A stretch of DNA of 63,547 nt, filler included, from Octopus bimaculoides (taxonomy: Eukaryota), in the NCBI RefSeq assembly GCF_001194135.2. It is 5 parts of 5 records of this genome, joined end to end, with 100 filler letters (N's around TTAATTAATTAA, not from the genome) between each part and the next. Parts side by side here need not be neighbours in the genome. Positions count along the whole stretch, not along the records: positions 1 to 31,885 come from NC_068983.1; positions 31,986 to 45,534 come from NC_068986.1; 3 more parts are not named here. The stretch is one strand, 5' to 3'. How positions within the stretch are numbered: position 1 is the first letter of the stretch; every line of letters starts with the position of its first letter. Position numbers and translations under genes: made by a program. This document shows, in pieces, positions 23,865-32,562 of this stretch. The notes beneath the pieces are model-generated. The model was not told the origin of the DNA. It saw nothing but the letters and a program-made list of their open reading frames with translations, and ran no database searches.

Positions 23865-24386
23865 NNNNNNNNNNNNNNNNNNNNNNNNNNNNNNNNNNNN
23901 NNNNNNNNNNNNNNNNNNNNNNNNNNNNNNNNNNNNNNNNNNNNNNNNNNNNNNNNNNNNNNNNNNNNNNNNNNNNNNNNNNNNNNNNNNNNNNNNNNNN
24001 NNNNNNNNNNNNNNNNNNNNNNNNNNNNNNNNNNNNNNNNNNNNNNNNNNNNNNNNNNNNNNNNNNNNNNNNNNNNNNNNNNNNNNNNNNNNNNNNNNNN
24101 NNNNNNNNNNNNNNNNNNNNNNNNNNNNNNNNNNNNNNNNNNNNNNNNNNNNNNNNNNNNNNNNNNNNNNNNNNNNNNNNNNNNNNNNNNNNNNNNNNNN
24201 NNNNNNNNNNNNNNNNNNNNNNNNNNNNNNNNNNNNNNNNNNNNNNNNNNNNNNNNNNNNNNNNNNNNNNNNNNNNNNNNNNNNNNNNNNNNNNNNNNNN
24301 NNNNNNNNNNNNNNNNNNNNNNNNNNNNNNNNNNNNNNNNNNNNNNNNNNNNNNNNNNNNNNNNNNNNNNNNNNNNNNNNNNNNNN

Positions 24387-24704
24387 AGGTAACGCGTGCG
24401 TTCTGTCGTGATACAAACAATATATGAGTATATGCATATATATGTACACGTATGTATATACGTTCTTCTACATGTACATATAGATACATAACTGGGTACA
24501 TGACGTGGCAAAAGAACAAGGACAAAATGGTAAAGTAGGTGCAACAAACAAGCAGGCCACATAGAAACATCCCCTTCATCAGCTGCCACCATTAAAACTC
24601 CGGCGTTTCGAAGAATTAAGGCAGTACGCATCGTTAAAATGACATGTACATATATATGCATATACTCATATTGTTTATATCCCGACAGAACGCACGCGTT
24701 ACCT
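24387..24704. mobile_element. 318-bp element with ~60-bp inverted ends enclosing a hammerhead-like core (Penelope-like pLTR derivative or MITE)
   Basis: AGGTAACGCGTGCGTTCTGTCG...ATATATGTAC (24387-24447) is the near-exact reverse complement of 24646-24704. The left arm abuts a gap. Confidence 0.7.
24570..24629 (-). ncRNA. Hammerhead-like motif with non-canonical strand order
   Basis: Minus strand: GCGT-A-CTGCC / TTAAT / TCTTC-GAAACGC / 15 nt / GGCAG-CTGATGA-A-GGGGA. Stem I is 5 bp, stem III is 4 bp, stem II is 5 bp with two G.U pairs, and the core is intact. Confidence 0.55.
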
Positions 24705-25184
24705 TTATACAGTAAGTATTGACTATTTTTCTAACTCTCTCTATTTCTTTCTCCCCCTCTCATTCTTCCCTCTACTGTTCTTCGCCTCTACCTGTCACTA
24801 CTTCTCTCTCTCTCTCTCTCTATCTCTTGTTACTTGTCCTTCGCCTCTCACCGTTACTACTACTATCTCTCTCTACCTCTCGTTGCTCACTTTTATTCTA
24901 CTTCCTCCCCTCCTTTTCCTTCTGCTACTCTTTCTCTTCACACAGCCTTGGTCACGTGTGTCCGGCTGCTATCTCTTTTCGTTCTTGGAATCACCAAGCT
25001 CGCATGTACTTCTATCCGCTGGTAGGCTCCAGCAGCCAGCTCCAGCTAACCGTAACGTGATACAGTCTAAGCTTTAACTGACCAATGAAGGGGGAGAACG
25101 CGAAGTTTTTGCCCGCGCCCTCTCTAGACGTAACTTCCAACAGAGTCGTGTTAGTTTCAGCTCCAGCTGCGCCTAGCACTATAT

Positions 25185-25645
25185 ATGGCTGTATGGTAAG
25201 AAGCTTGCTTCCCACCCCCATGGTTCCAAGTTTAGTCTAACTGCGTGGCACCTTGGGCAAGTGCCTTCTGCTATAACTTAAGGTTGACCAAAGCCTTGCG
25301 GGTGGATTTGGTAGACGGAAACTGAAAGAAGCCCGTCACATATACGTAAGTATATACCTATGTTTGTGTGTCTTGACAACTGGTGTTTGTTTGTTTATGT
25401 TCCCACATGCCCGCAGCCAATTGAGTAGCACAAGCAAAAGATAATATAGAGGGGCTGTGTGCTAAGTAGCTTGCTCACCAGCCATATGGTTCCAGGTTCA
25501 GTCCCACTGCGTGGCACCTTCGGCAAGTGTCGTTTTCTAAAGCCTCGGGTCGACCAAAACCTGGGGGATCGATCTCTTCGACTAAACGGCGGTGCTCCAG
25601 CTTGGCGGCAGTCAAATGACTGAAACAAATAAAAGAATAAAAGAA
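25185..25645 (+). mobile_element. Two tandem SINE family B derivatives (head half 25185-25400; internally deleted copy 25455-25645)
   Basis: Direct similarity. In the second copy the head joins the tail at CCAAAA|CCTGGG. Confidence 0.85.
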
Positions 25646-25764
25646 GGCGCAACAAACACTCAGGTATTTTATTCAGCATTTATACATATGCGAGAATGCA
25701 TATTTAGACATGCATGCCAACATACATAAAGACATACATACATACGTATATATATACACACATA

Positions 25765-26089
25765 TGTGAAGGCGCGTGGCTTAGTGGTTAAGAGCATTCG
25801 GCTCACGATCGTAAGGTTGTGAGTCCAATTCCTGGCAACACGTTGTGTCCTTGAGCAAGACACTTTATTTCACGTTGCTCCAGTCCACTCAGCTAGCAAA
25901 AATGAGTAGTCCCTGTATTCCGAAGGGGCCGGCCTTGTCACACTCTGTGTCACGCTGAATCTCCCTGAGAACTACGTTAAAGGTATACTTGTCTGTGGAG
26001 TCCTCAGCCACTTGCACGTTAATTTCACGAGCAAGTTGTTCCGTTGATCGGATCAGCTAGGACCCTCGTCGTCGTAACCGACGGAGTGC
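25765..26089 (+). mobile_element. tRNA-derived SINE family C, full length
   Basis: A-box GGCTTAGTGG, B-box-like GAGTCCAATTCC, central GTGTCCTTGAGCAAGACACTT, tail ...GTCGTAACCGACGGAGTGC. Second copy at 27183. Confidence 0.88.
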
Positions 26090-27182
26090 TCCTCTAGACT
26101 ATACATATATCTTTAGAATATACATATATACAAGTATGTGTGTGTACCCCTTTCTCTCTCTCCTCTTCTCTCTCTCCTCCTCTCTCCCTCCACCTCTCTC
26201 TNNNNNNNNNNNNNNNNNNNNNNNNNNNNNNNNNNNNNNNNNNNNNNNNNNNNNNNNNNNNNNNNNNNNNNNNNNNNNNNNNNNNNNNNNNNNNNNNNNN
26301 NNNNNNNNNNNNNNNNNNNNNNNNNNNNNNNNNNNNNNNNNNNNNNNNNNNNNNNNNNNNNNNNNNNNNNNNNNNNNNNNNNNNNNNNNNNNNNNNNNNN
26401 NNNNNNNNNNNNNNNNNNNNNNNNNNNNNNNNNNNNNNNNNNNNNNNNNNNNNNNNNNNNNNNNNNNNNNNNNNNNNNNNNNNNNNNNNNNNNNNNNNNN
26501 NNNNNNNNNNNNNNNNNNNNNNNNNNNNNNNNNNNNNNNNNNNNNNNNNNNNNNNNNNNNNNNNTATGCACACACACACACACACGCGTGAATGTGTATG
26601 CGCGCATAAGTCTACCGTTCAATATCCATATACATACATACATACATACATACATACATACATACATACATCTACTTGTGCCTAAATACATACGTCACAT
26701 AAACGCATACACGCATCTGTTACACATCCGCAATAATTACGTGCATGCACAAACACACATACACACATGCACATACAAACAGACATACAAACATATTTCT
26801 TCTTCAAATATAATTTCCTCCAATTTGCGCATTTATAAATACAATTTATAAATATAAATTATGAATATAATTGATAAATATAATTTATAACATATTTTAC
26901 AATATATTTTTTCGTTGTTTATATTTTTCTTTGCATTCATTTGTATATATATTATCAGTTTATTTTGTTATTTTCTGGCGAAATATTAATAATTATGCTT
27001 GTTAACCAAAACATATAGTCGAGCCATTTCTCATTAATGCTTAGTTATAAAAATCGTTCTCTTGTCTCAAATGAAATTTACGTTTCCATCCCAGAATTTG
27101 TTCTCTGTGAACGCTGATGTGTGTTTATATGTTTCCCGATGTCCTTATATCACCGTGCTTCCATACTGTGTATACTGTGGAA

Positions 27183-27436
27183 TGTGAAGGTGCGTGGCTA
27201 AGTGGTTAAAGTGTTCGGTTCAAAATCGAAAGGACATGAGTTCGATACCTCGTGGGCCATTATGTTTATTTCACATTGCTCCAATCCATTCAGTTGCCAA
27301 AAGTGAGCAGTATCTGTAATTCAAGCGGCCAGCCTTGTCACATTCTACTTGAGAACTACGTTGAGTGTATGCGTGTCTGTGGAGTGCTCAGCCACTTGTA
27401 TGCTAATTTCCGCTGATCGGATTAACTGGAGCACTC
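27183..27436 (+). mobile_element. SINE family C, diverged
   Basis: Aligns to 25765-26089 with deletions. Confidence 0.8.
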
Positions 27437-27701
27437 ATTTTCTTTTCATGATATGAAACTGTATATGTGTGTGTGTGTATACAAACATACATATGCACGT
27501 ATGTATGCATATACATATGTGCATGCATACACACATGTGTATATATATACATATATACATATATAGGTTTAGATTTAAATTCAAAATTGAATATGGTACT
27601 TATGTTTAGGCACCAGAATATAGTATGGTATTATACAAAAAACATTCCAAAAGCGAGGTGATCAAAAAATCAAAATAAGCAACACGGATTTTAAAGATGA
27701 T

Positions 27702-27789
27702 TGCAGTACGCACGTTTCATGCTACTCCATTTATTTAAGTAATGCGAGCATTACATTAAATGCAATATGAAGAGCAATCTTCAGCTGCA
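27702..27789 (-). ncRNA. Near-complete type I hammerhead ribozyme-like motif
   Basis: Minus strand: TGCAG-CTGAAGA-T-TGCT-CTTCAT...GTAATGC-TC-GCATTAC...ATGGAG-T-AGCA-T-GAAAC-GTGC-GTA-CTGCA. Perfect 5-bp stem I, intact core, long stem II hairpin (U.U at its base), near-palindromic stem III ACGTGCGT, triplet GUA. Confidence 0.72.
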
Positions 27790-28295
27790 CGAAAATGTAG
27801 AAAATTACAGTAGAATAGACATATTATAATTGTGGCAACATTTCAAATGCAAGTGAGAAGGAGAATACNNNNNNNNNNNNNNNNNNNNNNNNNNNNNNNN
27901 NNNNNNNNNNNNNNNNNNNNNNNNNNNNNNNNNNNNNNNNNNNNNNNNNNNNNNNNNNNNNNNNNNNNNNNNNNNNNNNNNNNNNNNNNNNNNNNNNNNN
28001 NNNNNNNNNNNNNNNNNNNNNNNNNNNNNNNNNNNNNNNNNNNNNNNNNNNNNNNNNNNNNNNNNNNNNNNNNNNNNNNNNNNNNNNNNNNNNNNNNNNN
28101 NNNNNNNNNNNNNNNNNNNNNNNNNNNNNNNNNNNNNNNNNNNNNNNNNNNNNNNNNNNNNNNNNNNNNNNNNNNNNNNNNNNNNNNNNNNNNNNNNNNN
28201 NNNNNNNNNNNNNNNNNNNNNNNNNNNNNNNNNNNNNNNNNNNNNNNNNNNNNNNNNNNNNNNNNNNNNNNNNNNNNNTATATATGTGTGTGTGT

Positions 28296-28763
28296 GGAGT
28301 GGCTGAGTGGTAAGTAGCTTGCTTACCAACTACATGGTTCCAGGTTCAGTCGTACTGCGTAGCACCTTGGGCAAGTCTCTTCTACTATAGCTTCGGGCCG
28401 ACCAAAGCCTTGTGAGTGGATTTGGTAGACGGAAACTGAAAGAAGCCCGTCGTATATATGTATATATATATATATATATGTGTATGTATGTATGTGTGTG
28501 TATATGTTTGTCCCCCCCCCCAACATCGCTTGACAACCGATGTCGGTGTGTTTACGTCCCCATAGCTAAGCGACTCAGTAAAAGAGACCGATAGAATAGG
28601 TACTATGCTTAGAAAGAATAATTCCTGGGGGCGATTTGCTCGACTAAAGGCTTTGGCCGGCACGAAGCTATAGCAGAAGACACTTGCCCAAGGTGCCACG
28701 CACTGGGAATGAACCCGGAACCATGTGACTGGTAAGCAAGCTACTTACCCTACAGCCACGCCC
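28296..28763 (+). mobile_element. SINE family B fused to an inverted copy of its own head (28647-28763)
   Basis: The forward copy runs to CGACTAAAGGC, then continues as the reverse complement of the head. Confidence 0.9.
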
Positions 28764-28789
28764 AAAGAAATTGCACGACTCAACCGCAA

Positions 28790-29690
28790 TGTGTCATCAG
28801 ATGAAAGGATGAGTTTATATTAGGAGAAGACCATGCATTGTTATGCTAGCAGAAAGCTCCAGAATGGCAGTAACATTAATAATCAACGGACCAACAACCA
28901 GATTACTAACTCTCACTACGAAGGGTATGCGTTTGCCATGCAGGAACAGGAAATAACAACCAAATACCCGATGCAAAAGGACCCGAAACAAAAGGACTGA
29001 AACACAAGAAAAACTTCAGGATGTGATAACCAATGCAATGTTGACACCGAATATATGACCCACACCATAAGCAGTTGTCCAAGAATGTCATCGCGGTATT
29101 ATCTACCGATGAGACATGACATTGTAGCCAAGACACTGCATGATGACTGTCGGAAGGATAATCCTAAGGCGAAAGAGATAACGCACGATATGGTAGAGGT
29201 CATAAGAACACACAGTGTGGTAAAGATAAGAACCCGCAGTATGGTAGAGGCTATAGCCATTCAGTATGAAGGAGTACTGGTGGAATGTCCTTGTAAAAAC
29301 GTCAATAGAATGTAAACGTAATAGACCTGATATAATGATTTGGGAAGAGAAGAGAAACTGTGTACAATTGCGGAAATCAATTGCTCAGCAGATGTCAACA
29401 TAGAGCTAAAGTTCAGTGAAAAAGCTATTGAGCTATTGAACTATTGAGAAATTTATAGTCACTCTACTTGGATTACAAGTTCGGATTTATACCTGTAATT
29501 AATGGAGCACTTGAATATGTAACAAACTGCTTAAGCACCAATCTTGATAAATTAGGCTTCTCAAAAGCAAACAGGCCAAAGCTAATTAGAAGATTACAGA
29601 TTCAAACTATCGTTGGAACTGTCAAAATTTGTAAGACTTCCAAGAAGTTTATTATTTAAGTATACATGCTCATGTCTAGATATGTAACCA
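28790..29690 (+). mobile_element. 3' part of an RLE-type (R4/Dong-like) LINE, family 1
   Basis: Zn-knuckle HTISSCPRMSSRYYLPMRHDIVAKTLH, PD-type nuclease region (PDIMIW...EINCSADVN), C-terminus FIPVINGALEYVTNCL...GTVKICKT. Contains stops and frameshifts. Confidence 0.88.
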
Positions 29691-29994
29691 TATGCATGAG
29701 AATACATACATACAACAAAACACAGATCGTTATATGCACTGTCGCCAAATATTACACAGAAACACTAAAACATACGGAAATATCCTGTAGAAGTTGAAAT
29801 TACAATAAAGGAAACCTTGAATCTGGGTTACAGATGGAGATAGGCACCGTTAGGCTTGATATAAATATATTTACATGGTGCAGAAAAGCAAAAAAGATGC
29901 AGAATAAAAGTACAGAATAAGATAAGAAGATACGTAATGGAGTTTGCCAATCTTCTCTTGATGAAGGAAGTCAGACTTACTGTGATATCTCTAT

Positions 29995-30050
29995 GCGACT
30001 GGTTTCCGGTTATATACCCGTGACCTTTTGCACATTTCATCAGAAATTTA
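29995..30050 (-). ncRNA. Possible decayed hammerhead motif
   Basis: Minus strand: CTGATGA-AATGTG...CGG-GTATATAA-CCG-GAAAC-CA-GTC. Core and GUC triplet are intact, but stem I is not recoverable. Confidence 0.3.
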
Positions 30051-30164
30051 TTATCTTTATGGTTATTATGTCACTCCGAGCACCCTGAAGCAGCTCTCAA
30101 GTTATGAATTCACATATTTTCTTCACTCTCTCTTTATATACACACACACGCACACGCATGTATG

Positions 30165-30330
30165 TACGCCGGGATTCTTACAGTTTCTGTGTACAAGACT
30201 ATTGTCACCCCTTGGTGTGTAGTAGAAGACTACAAAACTACAAGTAGAAGACTACAAGATGCCACGCATTGGGACTGAACCCGGAACCATATGATTGACA
30301 AGCAGACTTCTCAACCATATAGCCACTCAC
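30165..30330 (-). mobile_element. SINE family B head, diverged
   Basis: GGGACTGAACCCGGAACCAT...CTTCTCAACCATATAGCCA. Confidence 0.7.
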
Positions 30331-30776
30331 AGAAGTACATGTACTCTTCTATTTTTAATTCTCTGAACCCTTCCTGCAAAGAAGGAGCTGGTTTGTTACA
30401 AAGACATAAAGCACCATTGTATATATTCTCTTCCGTCTTTAATCATTTACATTCTTCCCCTGAAGGAGATACAAAGCTCCAATCGTTGGAATGTAGAATC
30501 AATGTCATATTTTAAACTTAAGAAAAGTCTTGCATATTTTTACTGCTCCACTTATAGATTGTATTTATAATGTGCGACTTGGGTGATGCCTTTTTCTGAA
30601 GACTCAGGTTTACCCAGACTCTCAGAGCAAGTGCACCGNNNNNNNNNNGCATATTTTTACTGCTCCACTTATAGATTGTATTTATAATGTGCGACTTGGG
30701 TGATGCCTTTTTCTGAAGACTCAGGTTTACCCAGACTCTCAGAGCAAGTGCACCGGTCATTATTGGTATAAATGTG

Positions 30777-30994
30777 TAAGGCGGTGAGCTGGCAGAATCG
30801 TTAGCACGCTGGACGAAATGCTTAGCGGTATTTCGCCCGTCGCTACGTTCTGAGTTCAAATTCCTCCGAGGTCCACTTTGCCTTTCATCCTTCCGAGGTC
30901 GATAAATTGAGCACCAGTAAAACACTTGGATCGATGTAATCAACTAGCCCTCTCCCCAACAATTTCAGACCTTGTGTCTATAGTAGAAAGGATA
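30777..30994 (+). mobile_element. SINE family A with perfect 15-bp TSD
   Basis: ATTGGTATAAATGTG at 30762-30776 and 30995-31009. Confidence 0.95.
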
Positions 30995-31035
30995 ATTGGT
31001 ATAAATGTGAATTTATAATCTGGATGCAGAAGCTG

Positions 31036-31425
31036 GAGGCGCAATGGCCCAGTGGTTAGGGCAGCGGACTCGCGGTTATAAGATCGCGGTTTCGATTCCT
31101 AGACCGGGCATTGTGAGTGTTTATTGAGCGAAAGCACCTACAGCTCCAAGAGGCTCCTGCAGGGGATGGTGACGAACTCTGCTGTACTCTTTCACCACAA
31201 CTTTTTCTTACTCTTACTTCCTGTTTCTGTTGTACCAGTATTTCAAAGGGGCCAACCTTGTCACACTGTGTCACGCTGAATATCCCCGAGAACTACGTTA
31301 AGGGTACACGTGTCTGTGGAATTCTCAGCCACTTGCACGTTAATTTCACGTGCAGGCTGTTCCGTTGATCGGATCAACTGGAACCCTCGACGTCGTAAGC
31401 TACGGAGTGCCAACACAACACAACA
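31036..31425 (+). mobile_element. tRNA-derived SINE type D with (CAACA)n tail and 12-bp TSD
   Basis: A-box GGCCCAGTGG, B-box GGTTTCGATTCC, TSD CAGAAGCYGGAG. The 3' ~190 bp is shared with family C. Confidence 0.9.
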
Positions 31426-31999
31426 CAGAAGCCGGAGATTTCGAAGAATTTCTTCATATTTATCCTCCTTCACTTTGGCTTTTAAAGAGATATTCCTCGC
31501 CAGCTGGACATCTGACCTCTGTGACGGTACATACTTTTTCATGTCTGTCCCAAACAACAATATCCGGGCTTTTATATTTACACTTAACAGATGTTTTGAT
31601 GGAAATGTCCCACCAGTATTCTTCGTGTTGATGTCTGTGAATGTATTCAATAACGGTGCGGAGCGGTGGTGGCGGTGGGAGTTCTCTGTATTTATTCCAG
31701 GGCAGTCTTTTTTTTCCTAATGGCATTGCATATCATTTTTGCGACTATGCAGCGACGCATAGGGACATTTTCGACCAGCTGCTAATCACACGGTTGATGT
31801 CTTCCAGAGAAATATGACTTAATCTACATTTTCGGTTGCATAATATGCATACGTATATGTATGGATGTATATACGTATGTATATANNNNNNNNNNNNNNN
31901 NNNNNNNNNNNNNNNNNNNNNNNNNNNNNTTAATTAATTAANNNNNNNNNNNNNNNNNNNNNNNNNNNNNNNNNNNNNNNNNNNNCCTGCATTTTATTC

Positions 32000-32333
32000 A
32001 GAGAGGGGGAGAGAGAGGGGGAGAGAGAGAGGGGGAGAGAGAGAGGGAGAGAGAGATAAAGAGAGAGATAGAGGGAGAAGGGAGAGAGAGAGGGAGATAG
32101 AAAGAAGGAGAGAGAGAAAAAGAGAGGGAGAGAGAGAGGGAAGGAGAGAAAGAGAGAGGGAGATAGAGAAAGGGAGAGAAGAAGAGATAGAGAGAGAGAG
32201 AGAAAGAGAGAAAGAGAGAGAGAGAAAGAGAGAGAGAGAAAGAGAGATAGAAGGAGAGAGGGAGAGGGAGAAAGGGAGAGAAGAGAGAGAGAGAGAAAGA
32301 GAGATGGAGAGGGAGAGGGAGAGAAGAAGAGAT

Positions 32334-32380
<47 letters not shown>

Positions 32381-32383
32381 AAA

Positions 32384-32460
<77 letters not shown>
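32000..32460. repeat. (GA)n purine-rich microsatellite
   Basis: Direct reading. Confidence 0.95.
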
Positions 32461-32464
<4 letters not shown>

Positions 32465-32534
32465 AAGAGAAGTGATGATGATGGTGATGATGGCAGTTAT
32501 TTGTTTACATTTTTATTGCTCTTTCCTATAACAG

Positions 32535-32562
32535 GTTTACGAGATGGAAGAGCAATATGTGA
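32535..32562 (+). CDS. Candidate terminal-exon coding part (phase 2: [R]FTRWKSNM*)
   Basis: Strong acceptor TTTATTGCTCTTTCCTATAACAG|G, followed by ~2.7 kb free of SINEs and gaps. The frame is not uniquely determined, and an alternative donor exists at 32612. Confidence 0.3.

Larger units (their letters stand above)
30515..31815 (-). mobile_element. RLE-type LINE family 1 3' fragment interrupted by two SINEs
   Basis: After removing the inserts it reads WWDISIKTSVKCKYKSPDIVVWDRHEKVCTVTEVRCPA...KEDKYEEILRNLRLL|HPDYKFTFIPI|MTGAL...IQSISGAVKICKTFLSL. Confidence 0.88.

Noticed and set aside
30532-30755. Perfect 107-bp direct repeat
   Set aside because: Identical copies flank a 10-N gap, indicating an unmerged contig overlap.
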